64,000 nt of DNA. Source: Lama guanicoe. Lineage: Eukaryota. The stretch spans positions 5,784,399 to 5,848,398 of the forward strand of contig MU053934.1 in NCBI GenBank assembly GCA_013239625.1. The letters run 5' to 3'. This document shows, piece by piece, positions 52,441-64,000 of the stretch; position 1 is the stretch's first letter; each line of letters opens with the position of its first letter. The notes under the pieces were generated by a model. That model saw only the letters and a list, made by a program, of their open reading frames with translations. It did not search any database and was not told the origin of the DNA. Both the position numbers and the translations under genes were made by a program.

Positions 52441-55139
52441 GGAGGCAGGCAGATGATGGATTATTTCAGCACAGCATGGTAGGTACCCGGTTCTGTGAGC
52501 CTGAACTCCAGGAACCTGTTGTTTCTCATGGGGCTTGAAGGAAGCCAGCTGGCTGGCAAGGCTGGCACCTTGGTGGGGTAGCCCAGCAGTGACCCTCTGC
52601 TGGTCTCATAGTCCCCGGAGACCCTCCTCCTCTGTGATTCCCCCGCTTCCCCCCTTGGCACAGCAAAAAGAGCAATGGCTTGGACACCAGAACGCTGAAA
52701 CTTGTGTCTAGTTCTGCCACCCTGGCTGTGTGACCTTGATCCAGTGGCATCAGCAAGGGAGGGGTTTGTACAGCCAGCTGTGAGGAGCAACGCAAGAGTG
52801 AAGGGCCACCCCCAGGCTCCTCACTGAACCTCCCGTGGACACACCAAGCCCTCCTCCTTCTCATCATCTCCGCGCTTGTCTGATAGGCAGGGAGGAAAAG
52901 AGAAAGAACTGGACCTAGTAGGGGAGAGGAACCTGGACAGCCACTGGGTGGCCATTTCTATGTGCTTTTTTGAGGTAAAGGGGATTTAATGATAAGAATT
53001 TACAAAACACCAAATACAGCCCCAAACTCCTGCCGCTTAAACCAGCCTAGGTGGATGAGTGTCAGGAGACTAAACCACTGTGTGGTTGCCTTGGCAACCA
53101 AATTTGTTACTGATAAAAACCTCAGAGTCACAACACAAGCAAAGCTGCAACTTACAACCTGTTTGCAGGTTTGAAGAGTCAAGCAGAGTCCTGGGTGTTC
53201 GGGGACAGGATCCCTGGGAAGCAGCTGGGTGATTCCCTTTGATAAGAGGACCCGAGGCAGGGAGGCGGGGGGCACTGAACATCCATTTACCAGAGCAGCA
53301 AAGAAATAAGACCACATAACAGCCTAGGCTCCTGCTCAGAAGGGCAGATCACTTTAATCTGGGGTATTGAGGAGCGGCAGGTTTCGGTCTGTCTCGGCTG
53401 AACCCATCCAGGTGTGCAGATTGTAGACTGGGGTGGTCCTACCCTACAGTCAAGTCACATGCCCTCATGGGCTTGCTGGTCACAATGACCACAGAGGTCT
53501 TCACTCTTTTGGTTGTCCCCCTACCCTGCCCCCTCCCCTTCACTGCAATTTTCTTCCTCAGATTTCTACTCTCCTCTGTCTCTGGGAACTCTTCATCTCT
53601 GCCCACTTTTTAAATAAAAAATGCTCTATAACATGGAAGTGGAGAATCGTCTATAACCACAACCACTTAATACAATGATTTTTTGTGTGTGTGGTGCTCG
53701 GTTACGTTGTCCCCATTTTGAGGTCTGTCCACAGAGCAGATGAACCTTAAGCTCCAGTGGGAAGAAGCCCCTTTCAGGTCTGTCCCCATCCACATCTGAC
53801 ATCAGTTCTGCCCTGTTTTATTACCCGGGGGAAAGGTCCTGCCCAGGCTGAATTCTGAATCGGCCGTGCCTGGGTGAAAGCAACCAATGAAGGCCCTGCT
53901 ATGTAGTTTGGAATGAGCCACTATACATGTGGACCCCAGAAAGTCTTCCCTAAATGTTCTGGCCCATAAATCAGGTTATTATGCAATAGCTGTTACGATT
54001 TCTTTCCTTAAAATTATTTTTTTAAATTTCTTGGTTTTCATTGTAAAAACTAGTATTACCTTACAGAAGAAAATTTGGTAACTCAACTGTAAATCTTTTT
54101 GTGTATTTCCTTATAGTCTTTTTTCCCTTTTACTAGATATATTTAATTTTCTAAGTATGAGTTCAATCATGTACATGTAATTTTTTCTTTTTTCTTTTTT
54201 CACTTGGCATCATTATAAAAGCATTTTCACTTAGAAAAATAAAAGAAATAAGCTTTTTTTTGTAAAACAAGCTTTTCCATATGGCAGCTGCTTCAGTTTT
54301 ACTACCATACTTTTAAAGGTAGCATGGGGCAAAAACTATTCTTTTTATTACAGTTTTATGTTATGTGAAGGGAAATTGCACTTGCTTTTTATACTGATAT
54401 TGAGGAGACAGTCACACTAAAAAGTGTTTATCTTGATTTAGTTTTTAAAGTGCTTACAAATAAAGTTCGTATTAAATGAAACCTTTTCGCAGCAAGTAGA
54501 GTGATATAATTTCCCATCTTTAATTTAAATCCTGGGGGAAGTTTTCACCAAATGGAGAAGAAGCTGCGGTAGGCAGTAAGAGCACCGTGCAGATGTACAC
54601 ATGTGTGTTTATGTGTGCCCTCCAGAAAGCCTAGTTTACTTTGGCTATTTCATTTCCCTCTATTTCATAAGACAAACATGTTAAATACAATGATTAAATA
54701 TTTATAAATATTTTAAGGATATTTATTTGATGTTAAAGTAGGATGCAATTTCTAACATCCATGTAAGAATCTAATTTTTAAAATAGATTTGAAGGGTTTA
54801 CTAATCAGAAATGATAAGGCAATAGCAGTGACTGAAAGTTAACAGAGAACAGCTAATTACATAATAGGAAATACACTATCTTGACAGCATGCTAAGCGGC
54901 CATGACAAATAAGAATCATAAAGACAATGTCGCAACATGAAAAACCACTCCTGCTACATTATGTGAAAAAGCAGAACTAGAAATTTCATGTACCCCTACG
55001 ATTGTTTAGCACAACGCCTAGCACCCAGGAAGTACTCAATACATGGTAGATATTGTTACTAATTAGTTGTAACAATGTAAAAATATGTAAGCCTATGTGA
55101 TCTTTGTGCTGAATGGGGTGTGATTTTTTTCACTCTATA

Positions 55140-55975
55140 CAGTATATCCTCCAAATAAAAATTTGATAATGCAAAACCAACAACCCAATTAAAAATGCGA
55201 TAGAAAATGGAGAGAGGATATGGACAGATGGTTCTTATTGTGAAAAAGCAAATGAGTCAAACAAATGAAACAATGTTCAGTCTGCCTCATAATAAGACAA
55301 ACGTACTTCATAATCAGCCTGACATACCCTTTTAAACCTATCAGATCGGCACAGTCCAAAGAGTTTGAAAATACTGTGTTGCAAGAGTACAGGGAAACAG
55401 GTGCCCTCATGCCTTGCTTGTGAGACTATAACATGGCACAATTTGTGGCTGGCAATTTGGCTATATTTACTAAAATTTTAAATGGTTATACCCTTCATAC
55501 ACTAATGACTACTTCTAGGAATTTATCCTCTAATATATTTATAGTTATATAAAATAACATTAGAAAATCTATATATTGCAGCAATAATCTAATACCAAAT
55601 GGTTAAAAACAATCTAAATGTCCGCTGATAAGAGATTTGTTTTAAATAGTCCATGAAAAGGAGTACTTTAAAGCCTTTAAAAAGGTAGGTAGAGGGGTGG
55701 TGTCAGGGGCTAAGGGTATTAAAATGAACAGGGTTCAATGTGTTATGAAATGATGGGTGCGAGATATAGAGCGGTGTGCATAGTATGTTCCCTTTGTGTG
55801 AGTAAGAAAGGAACTTGTGACTACATACAGACTGTCTCCAGAAAGAAGCGCAGACGTCTCTGCAGTGGTGCCTGAGCTGGGGTGGGACAGAGTCCCTAAG
55901 AGCGGGAATGAGGCTTTGCATTGTATACCTTTTTTGTAACTCTTGAATTTTGTAGCTTTTGCACATACAACCAAA
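55140..55975 (+). mobile_element. Old L1 (L1ME-like) 3' fragment
   Basis: caacaacccaattaaaaatg ... cttttaaacctatcagatcggc ... ctacttctaggaatttatcct. Confidence 0.7.
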
Positions 55976-56001
55976 TCAAAAACTAACTAGATAAAATATC
56001 A

Positions 56002-56489
56002 TCTTTTTTTGCTCCTTCCAGTTTTATTGAGATGTAATTGACACAGCGCTGTATAAGTTTGTGTACGGCACAATGATTTGACTTACATACAACATTGTAA
56101 TGTTCATCACAATAAATTTCTTGAATATCCATCCATATACATACAAAATTAAAGAAACAGAAGAAAATATTTTTTCTTGTGAGGAGCCTTAGGATTTACT
56201 CTTAACAACTTTCATGTATAACATACAGGAGTGCTGATTTTTATGTCATAAATTATATCCCTAGTACTTATTTATGTTATAATTGGAAGTTTGTACCTTT
56301 TGACTGCCTTCCTCCAGTTCCCCTTCCCCCTAACCCCTATCTCTGGTAACCACAAATCTGATCTCTTTTTCTGTGAGTTTGTTTTTGAAGTATACTTGAC
56401 CTGAAACACTATGTTAATTCCTGTTATACAACATAGTGATTCTATATTTCTATACTTTACAAATTGATCAACAAGATAAGTCTAGTTGC
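56002..56489 (-). mobile_element. L1 3' end with TSD
   Basis: ttccagttttattgagatgtaattgac ... ctctggtaaccacaaatctgatctc; TSD ataaaatatca at ~55991 and ~56490. Confidence 0.75.
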
Positions 56490-59400
56490 AATAAAATATC
56501 AACCTTTTAATTTAAAAAATGTGAAAAATTTTTTTTTAAATCAGTAAAATCACGGTACTCGAAAGGTTTTCTTAATCTGGGTTATGGCAGTCTCACCTGG
56601 TTTGGTGGAATAGGCACAAGGGGGCTCTGAGGTCTCAGTTCTGGTTCAGCCTCCGATTCAGTGGGTCTCAGCGACCAGTTTCTTTCTGAGTCTTCCTTTC
56701 TCGTCTGTACAATAGTGGGATTGGTTCAGGTGACCCCCAACGTCCCTTTCACCCTATCAGTACCTTTGAAAGTACTTTATCATTTAGATTTGCTGTGAAG
56801 ATATCATTCAAAAACATTTGTTAAAGCAAATGCTTTATTGAAGTATAACATACAGGGAAGCACACACACCGTAAGTGTGCAGCTTGATGAATAAAGTGAA
56901 CACACCCAGGTAACAACGCACACCTAGATGGATGGCAGAGCATCACCCCCACCCCCAGAAGCCCATCCCAGTCACTGCCACGCCCCAGGGCTACCCTCGT
57001 CCCCACCCCATAAGTCAGGTTTGCCAAAGACAATCAAAAGCAGATCGTCCCAGCACCCTAAAACAACTGTTTCCATGTTTGCTCTCTCCTTTCATTCTTG
57101 TCAAGATATAGACACTGTGGTGACTGCTCTCAGAAGGTAGTTGACACCCACGTTTGTTTCCGCCACGTGCCTATTCTTTGCCCTGAGGAATCTAATGGCA
57201 AATAATGGTTAATACTGTTCTTCTTTCCACTGCCTATTACGATGTTAAAGGGAAAATGCCATTACAGATATTTCTAGACAAATCACACGGGAGCAAAGTA
57301 AACACGTGGCTGAACTGCCTGGAATGCACTCTCATCAGATAATGGAAAAATCCAGGCTGTCTTCTGGTGTCCTGCACTAGCATTCCCTGGGGCGTGTGTC
57401 CTAGCCCCCGGGCTGTGGTCCCCCAGCCTTTGCCTGATGGCCCCGGGCGGCGGGGAGCGTGTGTTTGCGCGTTAGGGGAATCCGTAGGATTAGCTGGCTT
57501 CCTGTGCACCCCAGGGTTGGCAGCCAGGGCAGAGGCAAGATGGATGCGGGGCCTCCGGCTGGGGACGCGGGCTTGCTGGTCCCCGCTGGCCCCTCAGCGT
57601 GTGATCCAGTGACGTTCATGTCAGACTTCTCAGTTCCCAGCTTGGCTTATACAAGTAGCCTCCCCCTGGACGTTCTCATTGCTTTTGTTGTGTCGAAAGA
57701 CTTCTGCTGACTTAAGAAAAGTTTGCCCAGGAAGGCATCAAAGCCACCACCCTTGGCTTGAATGGAATGGGTGGGGTTTGGGCGCCAGGGGTAAGGTTTC
57801 TGAGCCCCTGCCTGCTACCCCACCCCCACCCCCAGCAGCCGCCCTGACCTCGCAGGCCGGCTCGGCTCGTGTCCTCGGTGATTTATGGCCCGCGGGGCCC
57901 AGCTGTTGGCGTGGACGCGGCAGCTGCTCAAAGTTAAGGGGGCCTTCTGTCAGGGACTCGAGTCATGGGATGGCCCCCGTGCAGTTGTTCCCTCTCGGGG
58001 TCAAGGCGGTGATCATGTTGCCACGAGCCTGGGAGCCAATACAAGCCTAGGAGAGGCTACAGGCTCCCCACCCTGCCGAACTGCACACACTCACCCCACT
58101 CCAGCTAAGGCCTAATGCTCTGCTCTCAGTCTGAATCTTCTTGGTGGGCTGGTGATGCCAGGCTGGCTGAGCTGAGTGGTTCTTCAGGAGCCCTCGGCCA
58201 GCCCTGCAGGAATCTTGGTTAGAAGGATCTGCTCTCCATCACCCCTGATTGTCACCCAACAACGGCTAGCATCAGGGCAAAGGCTGAAAGCAGAAGGGAA
58301 CATCCAGCTCTTCGCGAAGATTTTGCTGCGTCCAGGCCCCCTGCCAAATGCTTTCCTTGCATTTTTCTCATCTAACTCGTTGCAACAAGCCAGGAGGTTG
58401 ATTTTACTAATATGCTGCTGAACCTCCTGAAAACTGCAGTTCAGAGAAGTTAGGGACACTGACCAAGATCACACAGCTAGCTGCCTGCTCTGGAGCCATG
58501 CTTCTAACAGCAGAGTGCACTGTGTGTGTCAGGCAGTTTGCAAAGCGCACCGTATTCAACCTCATCATCAACCCTAAAAGGCCAGCAGTACTATCTCCAC
58601 TAGGTAGCTGAGGAAGCAGGCTCGGTGTCTTTCCTAACGTCACTTAGGCAGAAGGCAGCAGAGCTGAGATTGTCCTTCATGTGCTGAACACTAAACTCTG
58701 TGCCTTTTCTCCTGCTCCTTAACCTAACCACACCTTCACCTGCTGCTTGAGGGAGGCTTCAGCCCCACCCACATGGGCTTTTTGCCCAAGCTGTCCGATA
58801 CCCCAGGGTTGGACCTGCTTCCTGCCTGCACCTTCCTGCCCACTCCACTGCCTTTGACACAGTTGCCACCTCCCCCTTCTCAAAACACTTCCCTCTCTTG
58901 GCCTCAGCAAGTCCACATCACGTGGGTTCCTCCTACCCCACTGGCTGCACCTATGTGGCCTCCTTTCCTGAACCCCACCTCCTTTCCTCTTTCCAATGAG
59001 GAAAGTTTCCAGGACTTGATCCCAAATCCTCTTACCCCTCTACTCATCGCTCCAGTAAGAGATCTCCCATCCCCGGCTGTGGCCCAATAACTTCCAGTTT
59101 ACTTCTTCTGCTCCAGCCTATCTTCCCAGGGGGCCCACCTGATTGTCCCCTTGATGTTTCTTAACAACCGTATTGAGGTATAACTCACAGACCACACAGT
59201 TCATCCACTTAGAGCAAACAATTCTATGGCTTTTAGTGTATCCCGAGAGTTGTGCAACCATCACTCCTACAGTCAATTTTACAACATTTTTCTTACCATA
59301 AAGAGAAAACTTGCACCCTCTAGCAGTCACTTCCTACTTTCCCCCAACTTCCAGAGGCCCTGGAAACCACTCATCTGATTTCTGTTGCCATGAATATGCC

Positions 59401-59523
59401 TATTCTGGACATTTCATACAAGTGGGATCATACAATATATGACCTTTTGTGACTGTAGTGGTGATGTTTTGTTTTCAAGGTTCATCCATGTTACAGTGTG
59501 TATCAGTACTTCATTCGTATTTT

Positions 59524-59644
59524 CAGGGGGTGGAGGTAATTAGGTTATTTACTTACTTTCTTATTTAAATGAAGGTACTGAGGATTGAACCCAGGACCTC
59601 ACGCATGCTAAGCACACACTCTACCACTGAGCTATACCCACCTC
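59524..59644 (-). mobile_element. Vic-1-like SINE inside L1
   Basis: ggtactgaggattgaacccaggacctcacgcatgctaagcacacactctaccactgagctataccc; flanked by cttcattc on both sides. Confidence 0.88.
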
Positions 59645-62136
59645 CTTCATTCTTTTTCATAGCCAAATAATATTCCATTGTATGGGTATACCACATTTGT
59701 TTATCCATTGATCCACTGATGAACATTTATGTTGCTTCTACTTTTTAGCTATTACGAATAATGCTTCTATGAATATTCATGTATATGTTTTTGTGTTGAT
59801 TGATATTTTCATTTCTCTTGGATATATACCTCAGAGTGGAACTGCTGGGTCATATGGCAACTCTATGTTTAATTCTCTGAGGAGTCACCAAACTGTTTCC
59901 CACAGCTGCACTATTTTATGTTCCTATCGTCAGTGTATGAGGATTCTAACTTCTCCACATCCTCACCAACACTTGTTACTGTCTATCTCTGATAGTTACC
60001 AACCTAGTAGGTGTGAAGTAGTATCTTATGGGGTTTTGATTTGCATTTCCCTGATGGCTAATGATGTTGTAAATGTTTTCATGTGTTTTTTGTTGATCTG
60101 TACATCTTCTTTAGGGAAATACCTGTGCAAATTCTTTGCTCACTTTAAAGTTATTTGTCCTTATTATTGGGTTATAAATGTTCTTTATGTATTCTGGATA
60201 CATGATTTGCAAATATTTTCTTCCATTCTGTGGCATATCTTTTCACTTTCTTGATGGTGTCTTTTGAAACACAAAGGTTTTTAATTTTTTTGAGGTATAC
60301 TTGATGTACAATATTACATAATTTTAGATGTAGACACATACATACATATATTCATTTTCATATTCTTTTTCATTACAGGTTACTACAAGATATTGAATAT
60401 AGTTCCCTGTGCTATACAGCAGAAACTTGTTGTTTATCTATTTTATATATAGTGCTTAGTATCTGCAAACCTCAAACTCCCAATTTATCTCATCCCACTC
60501 CTTTTTCCTTCTGGTAACCATAAGTTTGTTTTCTAAGTCTGTAAGTCTGATTCTCTTTTGCAAATAAGTTCATTTGTAAATAAGTTTATTTAGAAGTGTC
60601 TCTTTTTTTTAGATTCCACATATAAGTGATATCATATGGCATTTTTCTTTCTCTTTCTGGTTTACTTCACTTAGAATGACAATCTCCAAGTCCATCCATG
60701 TTGCTGCAAATGACATTATTTTATTTTTACGCCTTAGTAGTATTCCATTGTATAAATATACCACAACTGTTTTATCCAGTCATCTGTCAATGGACATTTA
60801 GATTGTTTCTGTGTCTTGGCTGTTGTAAATAGTGCTGCTGTGAACATTGGGGTGCATGTATCTTTTTGCATTATAGTCCCCTTCAGATATATGCCCAAGA
60901 GTGGGATTGCCAGATCATATGGTAAGTCTATTTTTAGTTTTTTGAGGAATTGCCGTACTCTTTTCCATAATGGCTGTACCAAACTACATTCCAACAGTAT
61001 AGGAGGGTTCTCTTTTCTCCACTGGGTTCCTTACATTTTCATTTAAATATTAAGATCAATTTACCAATTTCTTTTTAAAAAGCCAGCTGGCATTTTGGTA
61101 GAGATTGTATTGAGTCTGTAAATCAATCAATCAATTTTAAAACATTAAGCCTTCTGATCCATGAACATATGATGTCCTTACATTTATTTACATCTGATTT
61201 AACCTTTCAGCAATGTTTTGCTCTTTCCATTGTACAAAACTTACACATATTTTTTACTCTCCTTTTTCATATAGTTTTTGTTTGTTTGTTTGCTTTATTG
61301 AAGAGCAGTCAATTACAGTGTGTCAATTTCTGGTGTAGCACAATGTCCCAGTAAAAACTTACACATCTTTTGTTAAAACTATAGTTAGGTATTTTATTCT
61401 TTTTGTTTCAATTGTAACTTGAATTGTGTTCTTAATTTCATTCTTGAATGTTCATTGCTAGCATATAGAAATACAATTGATTTTTCATATTTTGACCTTG
61501 TATCCTGCAACCTTCTTGAACTCATTTATTAATTCTAGTAGATTTTTAGTGGGTTCCTTAGGATTTTCTCTATACAAGATCATGTCATCTGTAATAGATA
61601 TTGTTTTATCTATTCCATTCTAATCTGGATGACTTTTATATCTTTTTCTTGCCTGATTACCCTAGCTAGAACAATGTGAAATAGAAGTGATGACAGTGGA
61701 CATCCTTGTCTTGTTGTTGATCTTAAGGAATATCATTCAGTTTTTCATTCTTAATTTTGATGTTAATTATGAGTTTTTAAGCACAAGGAAATATGTTCAA
61801 TATCTTGTAGTAGCTCACAGTGAAAAAGAATATGGAAATGAATATATGTATATTCATGTATGACTGAAGAATTGTGCTTCACACCAGAAATTGACACAAC
61901 ATTGTAAACTGACTACAACTCAATTGAAAAAAAAAAAAAGAAAGGAGGAGCAAAAAAAATTATTGGGTTTTCATAGATTCCCTTTATTAGGCTGCAGAAG
62001 TCCCATTCTATTCTTAGTTTGTTCAGTATTCTTGTCATGAAATGGTGTTGGATTTTTTCTGCATCTATTGAGATGTTCATATGGTTTTTGTCCATTAGTC
62101 TATAAATGTGATATACTACATTAGTTGGTTTTCAAA

Positions 62137-62765
62137 TCCCCAAGACCACCTTCAGAATGAATGATTCACAAGGAGGACTCACAGGATTCAGTATGTAATC
62201 AGTTACGTTTTATTATAGTGAAAGGGTACAGAGTAAAAACAGCAAAGGGAAATAGCATATGGGGCAAAGTCCAGAGGAAACCAGCACAAGCTTCCAGAGT
62301 CCTCTCTCAGTGGAATCAACATAGGACACACCTGAGGGGGAGGGTATAGCTCAAGTGGTACAGCGCATGCTTAGCATACACGAGGTTCTGGGTTCAATCC
62401 CCAGTACCTCCAGTAAAAAAATAAATAAATAAAAATAAACCAATTGCCTCCCTCCCTCACAAAAAAGTTAACATAGGACGCACTTAATTCCTCCAACCAT
62501 GAGTCCTGACAACACATGAAATGTTGTCTATCATAAAAGCTCATTTGAGATTCAGTGCCCAAGATTTTTAATAGAGGCTGGTCACATAGGCTTCCTTTGC
62601 CTACCATGTACCAAAATTCCAGATTCCCAGAAGGAAAATCAGACATTTAGCATAAACCACATTATCTGTACAAACATTGTAGGCACAGTGAGCCAATCTT
62701 ACCAGTCCTGAAATCTATGTTCTCAGACGCTAGCCAAGGGCCAGCCTTGCAAGCAGACCTTACTG
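62137..62765. mobile_element. MER77-like ERV-L LTR interrupted by a SINE
   Basis: ccccaagaccacc ... ggaggactcacaggattcag ... taccaaaattccagattcccagaagg ... ccttgcaagcag. Confidence 0.7.
62334..62469 (+). mobile_element. Full-length Vic-1-like SINE with TSD
   Basis: gggggagggtatagctcaagtggtacagcgcatgcttagc ... ggttcaatccccagtacctcc; TSD aacataggac(a/g)cac at 62318 and 62470. Confidence 0.92.
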
Positions 62766-62941
62766 AGGACCTTTGTGATTACATCAGGCCCACCCAGATA
62801 ATCAGGGATGCTCTCCCCATCTCAAGATTCCTAACTTAATCACATCTGCAAAAAGCCCTTTTGTCGTATAAAAACATTCTTAGGTTTTTCGGATTGTGAC
62901 AGACAGGTATCTTTGGAGGGGTCATTATTCAGCCTACCACA
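62766..62941. mobile_element. MaLR LTR fragment (MLT1D/E-like)
   Basis: gtgattacatcaggcccacccagataatcaggg ... aacttaatcacatctgcaaa ... attattcagcctaccaca. Confidence 0.75.
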
Positions 62942-64000
62942 ACTGGTATTAATTCTTCTTGAAGTGTTTTGTAGAATTCATCAGTGATGCTATCTGGGAC
63001 TGGACTTTTCTTTGTGGGAAAGTTTTTAATTATTAATTTGCTGACTTTACTTGCAATAGGCCTATTCATATTTTCAGTTTCTTCTTGAGTCAGCTTCGAT
63101 ATTTGTGCTTTTCCAGAATTTGCCCACTTTTTTGAATTACTGATTTGTTGGAGTACAGTTATTCAGCGTGTTCTCCTTTTTTTCCTATCTTTTTTCTTCG
63201 GCTTTATTGACGTATAATTGACAAATGAAATTGTATGTATTTAAAGTGTACAACACGATGATTTGACAAATGTATACTTTGTGAAAGACTACCACAATCA
63301 GGTTAATTAACACATCCATCACCCCAGATAGTTAGCCTTTTTGTATGTGTGTGTGGTAAGGATGCTTAAGGTCTGCTCTCTTAGCAAGTTTCAAGTACAT
63401 AGCACGGTATTATTAACTTTGGTTATCATTCTGTGCAAGAGATCTCCAGAGCTTACTCATCCAGGCTTGTACACTTTGACCAGCTTCTCCCCATATGGTA
63501 TCCCCTTGTAATCTTTCTAATTTCTGTAAAGTTGGTAGTTTATGTCCCCTCTTTTATTTCTGATTTTGGTCATTTTAATCTTCTCTCTCTTTTTCTTGGT
63601 CAGCCTAATGAAAAGGTTATCACTTTTGTCGAGCTTTTCAAAGAACCAATTTTGGATCTGGCTGATGTTCTCTATTGTTTTTCGACTCTGGTTCATTTGT
63701 TTCTGCGCTAGTCTTTACTATTTCCTTCCTCCTCCTTGCTTTGGTTTTATTTGCTCTTTTTTTCTAGTTTCTTAAGGTGGAAGTTTAGGTGATTGACTTG
63801 AGATCTTTCTCCTTTTTAAAAATAGGCATTTGCAGTTATAAATTTTGCCCTGAGCACTGCTATTTACATTCTATGCACTTTGGTCCTTGACAGTTGAGAC
63901 GCAATGTTGTGTAGGAGTTAAGGTGACAAGACCTGGAACCCAGACTCCCTGGGTTGAAATTCAGCCCTGCTACTTATTAGCTGCTTGGCTTTAGGCAAAT

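Larger units (their letters stand above)
59155..63870 (-). mobile_element. Long fragmented L1 (3' UTR and ORF2) carrying nested SINEs, younger L1s and LTRs
   Basis: L1 hallmark text throughout; minus-strand ORF fragments such as [27 protein letters not shown] (60734-60994) and KNHMNISIDAEK..QHHFM (61913-62095) are L1 ORF2-like. Confidence 0.85.

Noticed and set aside
59769..62095. ORFs of 60-160 aa in the distal region
   Set aside because: Sense or antisense translations of degraded L1 sequence.

Overview
Mammalian genomic DNA, most likely a camelid: it carries seven copies of a Vic-1-like tRNA-derived SINE and cetartiodactyl-type L1 3' ends. The only confidently identifiable gene is a complete, intact RBX1 (ROC1) on the + strand. 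It has 5 coding exons (1271-13953), encodes a 108-aa RING-H2 protein matching the human sequence as I recall it, and has a CpG-island promoter and two tandem AATAAA signals. The remaining ~50 kb is repeat-rich sequence (L1, L2, MIR, hAT transposons, MaLR/ERV-L LTRs, SINEs with TSDs). Most notable non-routine observations: (1) several near-perfect RFX X-box palindromes in the unique sequence, two of them ~200-250 bp from a consensus GTAAGT donor and one with a strong-Kozak ATG, plus an isolated clean coding-like exon, hinting at an unannotated or decayed RFX-regulated transcription unit; (2) a large orphan CpG island at ~41-42.4 kb; (3) a fossil-looking promoter and first exon 3 kb past RBX1; (4) an ERV-L remnant whose LTR-PBS-gag-protease half and integrase-dUTPase half face each other. 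Repeat family names come from recalled consensus sequences and their boundaries are approximate. All regulatory and new-gene claims are hypotheses.
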